From Chrysomallon squamiferum (lineage: Eukaryota; Animalia; Mollusca), in assembly GCA_012295275.1 (NCBI GenBank), contig CM022665.1:6200001-6264000 (forward strand): a DNA stretch of 64,000 nt, given 5' to 3'. Below, one piece after another: positions 47,783 to 61,831 of this stretch. The notes under the pieces were generated by a model. The model saw only the letters and a list, made by a program, of their open reading frames with translations, was not told the origin of the DNA and searched no databases. The translations under genes were made by a program, and so were the position numbers. Every line of letters starts with the position of its first letter. The first letter of the stretch is position 1.

Positions 47783-49030
47783 ATATTTATTTAATATTTA
47801 TTTATTTATTACTTCTTTTTTTTTTTTTTTTGTCTCCAGTAATCTGTGGTTATAGCACAGAACAGAGGCATACAAGTCACAGATTTATTTCACCTCATTT
47901 ATCTTTATCCATTTCTAGCCAGTGTTTCATGGAGGTTTATCAAAGTCTGTGATACCTGCCTTCGTATATTATACAATCGAGTGCCTAGTTGTTATTAAAA
48001 GAATAAATAATGATTAATCTTTAACAGCATTTGTAATACCATATAAATAGTAAATTAAAATATGTTTATTGCATTATTAAATAAAATTTTGTCCTATCCA
48101 AAATGATTTAACAATTACCAGAAAGTATTTAACATGGAACAAAAGTTGAGATATACTATTCATTTCTTTGTCCCATTTTTAATTGTTTTTTTATATATAT
48201 ATTTTTTTTAATCTAAACATATCTTATATTTATTTACTTACTGACTGACTGACTTACTTATTTATGATGATGATGATGTTTATAATGTCTGGTCTTTTTT
48301 GGTTTTGGCTTGTCGGTTTCTTTCCCAGTATATCTATTATTTTTTCAGAAGCACTGAGAAGAATGATTTAATTACAGGTTTGCACTGTAATCGGAAAATA
48401 AAAGTTTAATGAACAACCCATCAATATTCCTTACTTAAAATAACATGAACTGATGTATTTAATTTTCAGTCTTTTGGAAGTGTGCTTAGAATTCTGTCAG
48501 TACAAGAAATTGTGTCAAATTTTAAAACAACAGCCATTTAATTAACATTACAATGGACAGGTATTTTCATCTTTTGTTATTGATAAACCCATTCACTTCT
48601 ATATGTATATATGTACATGGGTGTACATGGGTGTGTGTGTGTGTGTGTGTAAGTTTGTCCTGTCTATATATATTATGACAGGATTACAGTGACAATAACT
48701 TTAAGGAGTATTCACAGCTCAGTACAAACTTGATAGATATAATACTTAAAGACGGTTGTAAATAAATCCACTTCTTCCTTGTACTTCTTGCATGAAACTT
48801 AGTAGGGCAGTTACAACAAGAAGTCATCAACAGCAGATCCTGCTATCTGGAAGAGAGGCTGTGTGTCTGGTGACATATTGTTCAAGATGTTTTCATTACA
48901 AATAATAAAAAATAAAATCTTGTGAAGTGTTTCACACACCCTATAACCATATGACTGACAATACTTCTAACTGTTAACAAACAAAATGTTAAAGTGCTGA
49001 TTCAACATAAATTTTACTTCTTATATATAT

Positions 49031-49079
<49 letters not shown>

Positions 49080-49381
49080 TTTTTTATGTCAGTAGCTGCT
49101 TTGTCTTTACTTTCAAGAGTTACAGCATAATGAATTACTTCTAATGAATAAAACATGTTTTTGCATCATAGCATGCTTAAATGACGTAATTATCAGTAAT
49201 ATATAATTTATAATACATTTATGGCTGTCAAGGTGTCACTGTAAATTATGTAATTAAGCGATCCATGTAGTAAATCTGAAAAGCCACAAATATTTTTTTG
49301 TCACTGAGAAATACTCCTATAAAAATTTGTTTAATCCCTTCCATCACTTTATTTTGTTTCTCACAAAAACAAAATTAATTA

Positions 49382-49467
<86 letters not shown>

Positions 49468-49834
49468 CTGGATTGAAAGTTTTGCAGTGTCAATACATTG
49501 TACTGTTCTATACACGATACTTTTCCCAGTTTTTCCTGAAAAACACAGCTAGTCATTGGCACTGTTTTAAGATATTTCAATTATAACGTAATAGCTGATA
49601 TAATAATCCTAATTATGTTTGTATTTTTTGACTTGTGAAAGGTGAGGTTGTGGTGAATGTTTATAAATATACTTGCTTCACACTGCAAAACAAATTAGTG
49701 ATACTTGGAGTATCAACTTATCTTAATTAAAAATTGCGAAGCAAGAAGTTCATTATGTTATGAAAGTTGGTGATCATTAACACGTTTTTTTTATTTGTTA
49801 AAAAACATATATATAATAGTAATACTTATGCAAG

Positions 49835-49995
49835 ACGGGAAGTCCACTCCCACATTCATGGGCTACTGTTACCAATTATCAGCAATCCTTTTTAAGTTTT
49901 ATTTGCGCACTGACTTGGAGGTAAAAACATATAAACCGCTGATACAGCCATTGCGGAAACAGGAAATTGCCCAAATGGGCTACCCGCATGTGATC
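49835..49995 (-). mobile_element. Diverged SINE-like repeat copy
   Basis: ..CACATTCATGGGCTACTGTTACCAATTATCAGCAA..GGAAATTGCCCAAATGGGC; similar to the copies at ~63700 and (inverted) ~57150. Confidence 0.4.
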
Positions 49996-51647
49996 ATGTG
50001 ATAGATTGAACGACCCCAAACGTGCTGTAATTATACACTTTACATCCCATTTGCTAAATTCATAAAAGTTGTTATAATTTACAAATTATAGATAAATAAT
50101 TCTTACATCTGGGATGTCTTATATTTGATTATTCCATTAATTACGTGTATAGAAGACTTCTTCAGTTCCTTATATATAAACATACATACATACATACATA
50201 TATATATACATACACACACACACACACACATCTTTATATACAGGAGTTTTATCTTGCGGATGCAGTTAAATGTTCGGAATGTTATGTTTTGTAATTTATG
50301 TTTAGAGAATTATTCTGATTTTGTTAAGACACCATTTAAATATTGATTTTTAATTATTTAATGTAAACTAATGGTGTTTCTTTTCTTTTCTTTTCTAATT
50401 CCCAATGAATATTTTCGGCAGAGCCCGGGGGAAATTACTAGTGATGATTTAACAGGTACACTGATCATTGACAGTTTTGTTATTGAGACTAAATTTATCT
50501 TACAAATTTGATTTCTGCCACATTTTCTTAACGAGAAGATATTGTTATTTTCTATATTTTAATGCATGTAAATTATCGTGTTCTCCAAATATAGGAGATA
50601 TTGATTTTTAAAATAATAAACCTATTAGAAAGTGTGTACTATATTACTTACAAAACGTTATCAGCATCCATTATTTCGCCATATATTTAATGGAAATTTA
50701 AAGTGATTTGTCAACAGTGATCACTGAAATGGAGTACGCGTTCCTTATTTTTTTGGTTTGCAGTTTATATCCGATTTCTGCATGGAGACATTTATTAGGT
50801 ATACATAATTGTGTTTTTATCAAATTGACTTGCTTATTTTCTATCTATATCAGCATATTTTACTCGGCTCATGAACAACACACATATTAACTTATTTTAT
50901 AAAAAATAAAAAAACTGAGTTTTTTGTAACAGTATTAAACCTTACACGAAGACGTGCACACAAGCAAACTAGCTAGGTGGTTAGGTTGGTCTCGATAAAT
51001 CGGTGCAGTACTTGCATAGCGTTGCTATCGCGTCGTTATGCTCTAAGGAAAACTAGTCGTAAATTCTACCACTGCAGAGATTCTTTTACATGAACATATT
51101 GAATTAAAAATGGTTACGACTGGCTTGAATTGGGGTTGGTAATAGATAACACAATATGTTTTCTATTACCTGCTGCCAGCAGCAAACTGCATTTTCAGAT
51201 TACAAAACATTTTTGACGGAAGGATTTATAACATCCGTCCCCCCTTCAGCTTTACGTGTTTTAGCGTGACTAATTCTTAAAGCCCCTTTCTATCACTGTT
51301 TAACAGTATAACTAAGGTTTTGAGGACTTGGGCAACGAAATTCTCAAGACGTTACTAATATGTAGTTATTTTTTCAACCATAAACACAGTGTCGTCTGCT
51401 AACAAATATACGAAAGGTCAACCAAGGAATACTTTATCCTGTATATACACTGCACCTCTTTCTTAACATAGCCAGAAGTTATTCTATAGATTCATCATAT
51501 TACTTCGCTTATTGTTGATGCTCTGTATAGTACCTCTGTCGACAATGCAACTGAAATAGTTACCTATGACAGGTGATAACAGAACGAAACCATTTATTTT
51601 GTTAAAACTGAAATACACTGATTAATGGTTTACATGTATGTTGCACC

Positions 51648-51895
51648 CAGGGCCTCTGAGGGGGAGGGGTGTAGCCGGTACTTTGTTCTGGGGCCCAACA
51701 GCTAAGAAGGGCCCCACAGCAACCATGCATTAACTGAATATTTGTTATCTGATGATGAAAATAAAGCATTTAAATAAAGAGTTTACATGTAGATTTACTG
51801 GACATCAGATTCTCAATTTTGCGAAAAGTCTTTGCCTGCCTCGGGGCCCCAAAAGGGTCTTGTACCGCCTTGCAAAATTTCTCTTGGAGGCCCTG
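51648..51895. mobile_element. Non-autonomous hAT MITE
   Basis: TIRs CAGGGCCTC / GAGGCCCTG, 8-bp TSD GTTGCACC / GTTGTACC, internal GGGCCC motifs. Confidence 0.8.
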
Positions 51896-53158
51896 GTTGT
51901 ACCACCAAAACTCTGTCATGGCGAGGAAATGTAAAATTAGAAGACCGCAGTGATGTGTAGCAAAACACCCACCAGTAGTTAGTTCAGTATCAATGACAGT
52001 GACTATAGATAATAGATAATTAAACTTCCAGTTGTTCCGGGGTTCATCTTTGAGTCCCGCCAGATTATATCAATTATCTTCTTTAAGTCGATTAACATCT
52101 TTTTTTTTCGAGTATTATTTGACCTGTTTACGCTCTGTATACAAACAAGACATAAACTGAAAACATATATAATTGGACCACTGTTCATTCTGCATTAAGG
52201 TTTTGGGTAAAAGCTGTGTTAAATGAATCTCATTTCTGAACAATATTCCCTTTAAGGGCTTTATGCTACTGAGTTTGTAAAGTAAACAATGTGTTTTCAG
52301 TTTATGTTCATCATCATCATTGACAACCTCAACGACGTCCCGTTGCTGTGTGAAAACCTCAGCATGTTGTTTTCACATCTTGATTTCTTACTGTACTTCT
52401 ATTTCACTGTCCCTAAATTTTCTGAGCACTATATAAGGGACATAAAATATTATAATTATATATGTTACAAACTGATCTACGTTTCAAAGAAGATTAAATA
52501 TTTTTCGATTTTTTTTTTTTTTTTATTTAAACCAGAATATTTGTTTCATGTATTTAGAAATATAAAAAACTTAAAAGCAAAATGAAATTAAAATTCATTC
52601 CTATTTAAAAAAAACCCCAAAAACAAAGAAAAACAATACACGCCAGCAAGCATGAGAAAGCAGTAAGAACAAACACTTTCTATAAATCAAGTGCATAATG
52701 GTTTTTTGTCTGTTTGTTTAATTGCTCTTCTTTTATGATAAAACTCATTTCAGATTAAAAAAAAATGTATAAAAAAATAAAAAATAAAAAATAAAATAAA
52801 ATAAAATTTAAAAAAAAAAAAAGAAGAAGGAAGAAAAAAATATTTCCTCAATGGAGCTTCCCTTTTTTTTACGTCATTCTCTGAAGTGCAATGTTCAACA
52901 ACGGAGAAAAGAAAGCATTCTTCGTAAATTTTGATTTTACCTGAAATTATTAATTTAATCTAATTTATTTTTATTTTATCTTATTCTGAAATATACATTA
53001 ACAAAATGTATCACTTATTTCCAGGTTAGAGGAAAAACAAATGTTTTACTTCCCGGATAGAGGAAATAGATTTGAATATAGTTTCACCTTACTGACAGAG
53101 GTGTAAATACCGCCCGCGTGATTAAGTATACACCAAACTTGAAAAACCTCGGTATTTG

Positions 53159-53267
53159 TATAAAAGAATAGCTCACATCTTTTAGACAAAAACATTTTCG
53201 ACGTGAATATTTGAACTTTATCCAGAGCCGGCGAAACAGATAAAATTTTGTCGTTGTCCATCAGTCT
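53159..53267 (+). promoter_or_regulatory. Putative TATA box and non-coding exon 1 of the 52-aa peptide gene
   Basis: TATAAAA at 53159 and donor TCT|GTGAGT at 53267/53268; mirrors the layout at 58291-58367. Confidence 0.5.
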
Positions 53268-53444
53268 GTGAGTGTGTTTATTTTACTTACTGGCATCGTC
53301 TGTAGATATAAGAAATAATCAAAATAATAATAACGCTCTTAGGAAATTCACTACATTGAATATACTCATTTTTGTTATTGTTGTTGTGATTTTTGTTCTT
53401 ATCGTTCTTGTTTTTATACTATTATTATTATGTTGTTGTTGTTG

Positions 53445-53504
<60 letters not shown>

Positions 53505-53915
53505 GAATAATATTTGATCGTTGCAAACTGTTCAGCGCATTTTAATACGCACACACGCACGCACAATCACACATAGCCATACATAATTTTCACATATTAC
53601 CATTTATTATACATGAGTATTTTTATTTAAAAATAATAACACTGGGAATAGAATTCCCAGACATACTCCATTTTGTCTTTTTGATAAAATTTATATACAC
53701 ACATTAGAACAAGTCAATTGCTGCTCATTTATTATACATTACAAATGTGACATGTCGATTTTATTTTCATTTACTTGTGTTTCATACTAATAATTTCCAA
53801 ACAAAACTACGTATAAAAGAATATATGTCACAGATTGTTCTTGCTGTCATTAGTATTGTTGTTGTTCTAACTATTGTTATACTATTACCGTTGTTATTAT
53901 TATTAATTTGTTGCT

Positions 53916-53948
<33 letters not shown>

Positions 53949-54030
53949 GATGTTGTTGCTCTTCGTATTATTATTGATCTTTATTCTTCTTCTTCTTCCT
54001 TTTCTTCTTCTTCTTCTTCTTCTTCTTCTT

Positions 54031-54061
<31 letters not shown>

Positions 54062-54110
54062 TTCTTATTATTACTATTATTAATTTTTATTATTACTATT
54101 ATCATCAGCC

Positions 54111-54269
54111 ATGATGAAAGCTCTGATCGTCTTTGCTGTTATGTGTTTGCTGTTTGCCTCAGCCTTGGGTGACAGATTTAGATATGGATTTGGATATCCA
54201 GGCTATGGTGGATTTGATTGGAATGGAAATGGAAACGAATGGTATGAAAATGGATATGGATATGATTAG
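54111..54269 (+). CDS. Small secreted Gly/Tyr/Trp-rich peptide, 52 aa (absent from the ORF track)
   Basis: Acceptor ATCAG|CC-ATG; MMKALIVFAVMCLLFASALG-DRFRYGFGYPGYGGFDWNGNGNEWYENGYGYD*. Classic signal peptide; donor AG|GTATGT 2 nt after the stop; likely 3'UTR exon from 54675 with ATTAAA at ~54762. Confidence 0.8.
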   Translation: MMKALIVFAVMCLLFASALGDRFRYGFGYPGYGGFDWNGNGNEWYENGYGYD

Positions 54270-54289
54270 AGGTATGTATGACAATTTCA

Positions 54290-54439
54290 TATGTATGTAT
54301 GGCAATTAAATATATATGTATGTAGTATGTATGTATGCATGCATGTATGTATGTATGTATGACATATGTAGTATGTATGCATGCATGTATGTATGTATGT
54401 ATGTATGTATGTATGTATGTATGTATGTATGTATGTATG

Positions 54440-54473
<34 letters not shown>

Positions 54474-54520
54474 TGACAATTATAATATATATGTATGTAT
54501 GTATGTATGTATGCATGTAT
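54290..54520. repeat. (TATG)n microsatellite array
   Basis: Directly visible, imperfect; source of the MYVC/IHTY pseudo-ORFs. Confidence 0.95.
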
Positions 54521-54942
54521 ATACGTCCGTGATATGTATGTTCGTGTATATATTCAGTTTTAAATACGTACAATTACAATACACACATTATTCGTATTAA
54601 CCTATGCTACTTTCCAACCTTGCCTATGTTTTACATTTAGTTTGATGCTTTTTATATTTCTTTTTTATACACAGACAGTCTTCAAGCTAAAATGGTTAAG
54701 GATGTAAGAAGTCTTCTACATACGACTTACAATGAATTAATTATTTCAGCTATACTTTTATATTAAAAGTCATTTTGCCAGATATATATGTTGTTTTGCG
54801 TTGTTTATGGCTATTGGCTATTGTTGCTAAGATTCGATAACTCCATTAGTTATTACTTTTAGTAATAATGCTTCTGTTACCACTATTACTACTACTACTA
54901 CTCTATAACTACTGTTCTTCACATCAACATAATAATCATGAA

Positions 54943-54979
<37 letters not shown>

Positions 54980-55623
54980 TTAGAATGTTTTCCCTCTGGC
55001 CAGATTTTATGAGTGAAGAGTTTAAATTCATCATGCGACATAAACAAATCGTACTATATGTACGATAATATAACTAACTACCTGCAGGCTTTTTCAAACA
55101 CAGTATTGGAAAGGCAATATTCGCTTGGCTTTTGTAACTATTCAGGTCAACTAATTAATCACTTAACGAAATGTGTTCACGTTTTCAGACAGTAAAAGTA
55201 TTAATTAATTAATTAGTTAATTAATTAAAAAAAATTGTGGTTTTCAAGACACAACTAGATAAAGACTAAAACATAACATGATACAGAATAGTATAACACA
55301 GCATATTACACCATAACATAACATAACATAACATGACATGATATAACACAGTATAGCACAGCACAGAACACAACACAAAACAAGACATTAGATGACATAT
55401 CACTGTATAACACAGCAAATTACGTAGCTTAACAAAACCACAAAACAATGTATTATATAATAAAATCATGTGTCAGACAATAACAAAATGTAAAACAAAT
55501 TCAAAAAAAAAAAAAAAAAAAAAAATTAAATCGATCTGCCTCTTTAAGAAACCAAAAACAAAATAAAAATCTCTTCTACTATCTAAAACAAAACAAACAA
55601 AGAAAAATATTCTTTTAGATGAA

Positions 55624-55659
<36 letters not shown>

Positions 55660-56064
55660 TATTATTATTATTATTATTATTATAATAATAATAAAAACAA
55701 ATAAATATCTGATAAAATGAAAAATGGCAGCTAAAAACAGACACCATGTGATTAAACCTGTCTCTTCTGGGATTCATTCTGTCATTACACTGCCTAATCA
55801 ATAATCTTCTAATGACATCGAGGTTAACATGCAACAATACCAGTTGAATACAGCTTGGAAACGTGCAGCTTTGAAACACTCTTCTGTATAAGCGGAAAAT
55901 GTTTGTTAGCCGACGACTTGAAACATCTCTCTGTATATAACGTTCGTGGAAGACATATTCATATTTTATTTTATTTTTTTGCAAATATCTCAGCTAAAAC
56001 ATTATTGCATAAAACAATATCTTCCTTTGCTTTTAATGTTGGTTTTGTTAATTTTTATGTTTTT

Positions 56065-56100
<36 letters not shown>

Positions 56101-56203
56101 ATTTTTTTTTTTTTTTTTTAAAAAAAAAAGATTATTATTTTTTTTTTTTTTTTTTTTAGATGGTTTTCTTTATTTATTTTATTTTGGTTTTACATTTTAT
56201 TTT

Positions 56204-56264
<61 letters not shown>

Positions 56265-56852
56265 GTGCTTTTTCCTTTTTTTTTTTTTTTTTTTTTTTTG
56301 CCTGACCCACTTTATTTATTTTCTTAAGCCTGTTTTTGTTTAGGATAAATCAGTATGCAACAATCCATCCGGCATTTTCAAAAGATAACAAAAACAAACA
56401 AACAAACGACAACAACAAGGAGAAAAACGTATTCGTACGTATTGTATTAAAGGACAAAAGAACTAATTAACGGCATAATAATTATTATTAGAAATGGTGA
56501 ATATGTGCGGGGGAACTTGTCAGTGAAAACCTTAGCTGATGGTTTTGCAAATTAGGATATATTCAGATTAACAAACATCGATGCTGGGTTTGTAAGCATT
56601 GCAACCGAGGTTATCTGGGTACATTATTATTTTACTTTTCCTATAGTTATTTCTATTTAGTTTTGACGACATAAAAAAAAACAAAAAACAACAACAACGA
56701 TATATATAAAAAGAAATATATGTTTTTCTCATACATATGTAATATTCTACCTGTTTACAGTGTTTTGTCTACATACACGAATGTCGTATTTTGTCACCAG
56801 TTCTTATATAACAATGAACTCTACAGGTCTTGCATAACACCGAAAAGATATC

Positions 56853-56886
<34 letters not shown>

Positions 56887-57039
56887 TTAACAAAAAACCA
56901 CGACAAAAGCGCCGCCATTTTTCTGCAGGTGTATGGATCAAAAACGTAATATTCTGAAATATTAATTTGATTAAATCAAGTACCTGAATTATTGGAATTC
57001 AGCGAACACAGACACCTTCTTAATGCTCCTTTTTTTTTT

Positions 57040-57240
57040 GGATTTTCACGTTCCAGCAAGTGCCCCACGAATAGCTTTCTGCAATAGGATATAACACACA
57101 TTTTCCAATCTGCGTGAAGGAACATCTAAAATTTATATTACCGACATACAATAAGAGTAACCTATGCAGTACCTAGCAGGTTTCTTCTCTAACAACAAGC
57201 CCGTAATTATGACAGATAAATGTAAATATTAATTTTTCAA
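57040..57240 (+). mobile_element. Diverged SINE-like repeat copy
   Basis: ..CGTTCCAGCAAGTGCCCCACGA..AAGAGTAACCTATG..AGCAGGTTTCTTCTCT; inverse-similar to 63631-63812. Confidence 0.4.
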
Positions 57241-58290
57241 ACAAATATTCATTCTTTCACACATTTGTTAAGAATGAACATATCAGTGGCAGTGAAAAGA
57301 CAGAAATACAGAAAATTAAATAATGAATTTTTTTTTTTTCTATACAAACAATCCTGCGGTTAACATTTAATTAGGTTTTTCTTTGTATACAAAGGTAAAG
57401 GTGAACTTGCAGTTCCCCTGCTTTTGTCTTTGCCAACTTTGTCAACATCTATTAGCCCGAAGTCACAATAAATTTAAACACCACATCTTGTTTGTTGCTT
57501 AATTAAAAAAAAAAAAAAAGATAATAAGAAACAGGGCGGTCTAAAAACTGGGGGTGGTCGCTTTTGTTGAGAGAAACATTCGATTTTACGATCGAAAATC
57601 ACAGTTGTATGGTAAATGTTGTTATTAAGAGAATAAAATGAATACATTTATTCATTTGAATATAGCATCAGTCGGCAAAAAATACAGCACAAGCGACGAT
57701 AAAAGCCATCTAGAATGTTAACCACTGTTAACATGCACTGTTAACATGCAATGTATATATGTATATGTGTGTGTGTGAGTGTGTGTGTGCCGTGTGCAGC
57801 ATGTATCTGTGTAGCTGTGTGTATGCTTTGTGTTTATGTGTGTGTGTTTGAGAGTAAGTGTGAGTATATCTGTGACTGTGTATCTGTATGTGCTGGGTCT
57901 ACTTATGTGCATTATGTTTAGATATGTACTGTGCGTGTTTGTGTATGTGCAAGGTGCGTGAGTGTGTAGCTGTGTTTATGCCGCGCATGTGTGTGAGTGT
58001 GAGTGTGTGTGTGTGTGTGTGTCTCTATCTGTGACGTTTAGGAAAGCATTTTTTTGTTATGTCTTTTATTAATATTGTTACTATGTCGGATTTATCACAA
58101 TCAATCCTAATTTCAAAACAGGTGAAAACAAAGGTGTCGGATACATTAAAATGTAATTGTTTCAAGGTGACACAAATCAATTATTTTTTTCTCGTTTACC
58201 TGTCATTTTAAATCATGGGTCATAGGTTCTGAAACTGTTCAATCATGTTAAATTCAACAACCTTCAAGCAGTTTGTAAACAAGTCTTGTG

Positions 58291-58367
58291 TATAAATACG
58301 GGTACGTAACTACTCAAAGAACAGACATCCTCATCCTGAAAGTAATCGACATCACAACATTAACCAG
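58291..58367 (+). promoter_or_regulatory. TATA box and non-coding exon 1 of the Gly/Tyr/Met peptide gene
   Basis: TATAAATA at 58291, short leader, consensus donor CAG|GTAAGT at 58367/58368. Confidence 0.7.
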
Positions 58368-58827
58368 GTAAGTAATTTTTTGTTTTCTAGGAATTTAAAT
58401 TTTTTTAAAGTTTTAAAAAAGTATATAAAATATATATATATTTATATATATATTTGTTTTAAAAGTTCTGAAGTAGAGCTAAAATTCTAGTGGAAACACA
58501 TTACCTACGATGCAGCATTTTTTTTTTTTTTTAATTATAATCATTCTGTGAAACATTAAGAATATTTGGACAAAATACAAAAATTCTTATCAAAAAATAT
58601 ATCAAGGTTTTTGTAATTGTTGTCTAATTGAAATTTCAGTAATTAAATTGCTGGGGTTTGTTTTGTTTTGTTTTTTGTTTGGTTTTTTTTTAACGAGAAT
58701 CTTTCATCATCAGAACAGACATGAGAAGGAAAGAATAGTGAAAGCCTCGTTTTGGTTTGGGATGAATGTGAAATCTTCAACTATTTTCATAAAAAAAAAA
58801 ATTCTTTTCTTTCAGAACTTTTCAAAG

Positions 58828-59414
58828 ATGAAGACATTTCTCTTTGTTCTTGCTGTGTTGTTGTCGGTCGCTGCTGGAAATGACATGTACTTTCCCTATG
58901 GCTATGGTTACGGCTATGGAGATATGTACGGCTACGGCTACGGCTACGGAAACTACCCCTACACAGACTACATGTACAATGGCGTTTACGGACCTATGGG
59001 AATGGGAATGGGAATGGGGATGGGATATGGAATGGGATTAGGAATGGGATATGGAATGGGAATGTATCCCTATTACGGATGTAAGTCATTTTAATATAAT
59101 TAATAATTTATACATACATGCATACATACATATATGATTTTTATTCTTAGATAAATTATGAATATACGATAAATTCATTCTAATGAGCTAAAGTTTAAAT
59201 ACAAAAAGTCAAAAATTCATTTAGATGAGTAATTTTTCATATATAACGTAATTAGACTATCTAAGTTTTATTAAGACTGTATATGAAACTATCACTGACT
59301 GATAGAAAATAGAATCATTTTTCTGTGTTATCTGTTATTAGACATTTAGTGATTATCTTATAACAATGGCCGCTATTTCTTGCTAAATTATGTTATTTTT
59401 TAGTTTCAGATTAA
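58828..59414 (+). CDS. Secreted Gly/Tyr/Met-rich low-complexity protein, 85 aa
   Basis: Acceptor TTTCAG 58815; CDS 58828-59080 plus 59410-59414 (T|AT TAA). MKTFLFVLAVLLSVAAG-NDMYFPYGYGYGYGDMYGYGYGYGNYPYTDYMYNGVYGPMGMGMGMGMGYGMGLGMGYGMGMYPYYGY*; AATAAA at 59500. Confidence 0.88.
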
Positions 59415-60698
59415 CAGAACAAATGACAGGTTTTAAACGGTCACGCAGAGCCGCAGAAAAACACTGACTGGAGTTATGTTACCCTCAGCAGTAAATATTA
59501 ATAAATATTAATAAATATTAATACTCTCCATGTGTTTGTTATTCATAAATATATATTTTTATGGGGAAAAAAAACCAACGAAAAAAAAAAAAAAAAAAAT
59601 ACAAGGCAAATGAATTGTCGTCACATAAGATACTCAAAAGATATGGAACTGATGATTTGTGAAAGAAACTATGCAATGTGTGTTGAGAAACACCTCAAAG
59701 TATTCTGCTAATTACAGTTGTTACATTCAGACAAAATATATATTTTTTAATGAATCTGTTACATCTAGGTAAGAAAGCACATACCTACCACAATCTTTGT
59801 CAATTAATAGTATGCATGGAATGGTAAATAACGTGATATGGTTAGAACTTGAAGGGTTGCCTGTAGGAAATACCCCAAAACTCTAATTACTGAGGTAAAG
59901 CTGTGCGCTTTTATTGTTGTAGGAGCCAAAACGGTTAATCAGTGCCATCATAACAACATTATAGTCTTCCTGGCAAAGCAATGAACTGTGTCCCTTACAT
60001 GCCAAGTCATAGTTTGCATGAACTGCACGGGCCGCTGGACAACTGCCCAGTGTTTCTGTGCTATAAGACAGCACTGCGCCTAATATTAAAATATATATAT
60101 ATGTTATTGAATTCCATTAGAGATGTAGAGCCAATGTTTTCTTTTAAAAAAAAACATTATATAACTGAACGCATGGTTATAGCCAAGGAAATATAGGCAC
60201 AAAAATAATGTTAATAAATTATCGTTCTAAAGTACTTTTTTCATAATTATGTACTTTCGAAAGCTTCCAATTTTTTTTTTTTTTTTTTTTTAAATTGTTA
60301 CAGAGTGAGATGGTAGGAATCCAGTTTTGTACTTTGTTTTATGAAATATGAATGCAAGCCACGATAATGTATCTTCACTCAGAAGTGACTGTATAATAAA
60401 TGTTTTTTATCTGTGATAATAGCGATAAGTATTTATTTTTTCTAAAACGCTTCGTAAGGGATTCAACAGAGCCATCATCTAAGATTGGAGAAGTAATAAT
60501 TTTATTAATGCATCAGCTTTTCTCCAAATAATAGACTTCACTGTGAAAGTCATTAACTTATTCACAAAAACAAAATAAGAATATGAAATATATGTTTTTT
60601 TATCATTAGTATTAGTTTCATTAATACAATACAATATTTTTATGACAAAATATCGATGTGCATAAGAAGAGTGACATTGCCTAATAAACGTTAATGAA

Positions 60699-60801
<103 letters not shown>

Positions 60802-61226
60802 CTCAGTAGTGAGGTGTATTATCACATATAAACAAAAGGTTAACTGTTATTATTAAAGCAGGTAGGAACTATGCTGAAGTTTGCAGAGAGATATGCTATC
60901 AAGAATATCAGACTTCACCTGCTCAGTTCACACATTCGTATCTTGTTAGGGACCGAGCTAAGTAAAGATGGTATTATTAAATTCTTCAGTTTTCGTACTT
61001 AAAATAAATAAATAAATAAATAAATAATTGTATTCTTAAGAGTCATTCTTAAGCTATTCTGGTTTTCGTTTTTCTAATTTTATAATTAAATCCAGTTTGG
61101 AAAAGTCACATAGCTACGTCCCTGATTTTGGTGTGTGAAAAAAAAAAAAAAAAAAAAAAAGAGAGAGAGAGAGAGAAAGAAGAAAAAAAAACACAAGAAG
61201 AAGGAACATAAAGTATATAACATAAC

Positions 61227-61456
61227 ATGTATTTGACAACGGAATTAGTGTTTGTTTTCTTGTCTGTGCTGTTAGGTAAGTGTTGTTAAAATGTATATTC
61301 TCTCGTAAAAAGATTTTCATCATCATCATTATTAATAATATTATTATCAATATTATGATTACCATATCATTATCATTATTATCATCATCATCATTAACGT
61401 TATTTTTTTATTATTCATTCTTTTATTACTACTGCTACTACTACTACTACTACTAC

Positions 61457-61493
<37 letters not shown>

Positions 61494-61793
61494 GTTTAAA
61501 TCAAATTGTGAACATTTTATACACGAAAGCTGTTTGCAGTGCAGTGCATAGGACGAAGTCGTGCTCTTACGAAGGTCACGTGTATCTCCTTGGTGATCAC
61601 TGGGTGGCGACAGACACGTGCAACGGCTGCACCTGTACAGAGTATGGAACACAGTGCACGAACAATCCGTGTTCCAGTAACAAAGGTAATTCAGTGCTAT
61701 GCACGTGCACGTGTGTGTGTGTGTGTGTGTGTGTGTTAAAAACAATAATTAAAATAAAGAAGTTTAAAAATAATAATAATAATAATAATAATA

Positions 61794-61831
<38 letters not shown>

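Noticed and set aside
53272-54600. Poly-Leu/Tyr and MYVC/IHTY ORFs resembling membrane or His-rich proteins
   Set aside because: Translations of (ATT)n, (CTT)n and (TATG)n repeats.
55583-56121. ORFs between the two Gly/Tyr peptide genes as a further cluster member
   Set aside because: No signal peptide, compositional bias or splice-site support; padded by microsatellites.
58648-58827. N-terminal 60 aa of the 148-aa ORF
   Set aside because: Non-ATG start within intron 1; the real start is ATG 58828, after the acceptor at 58815.
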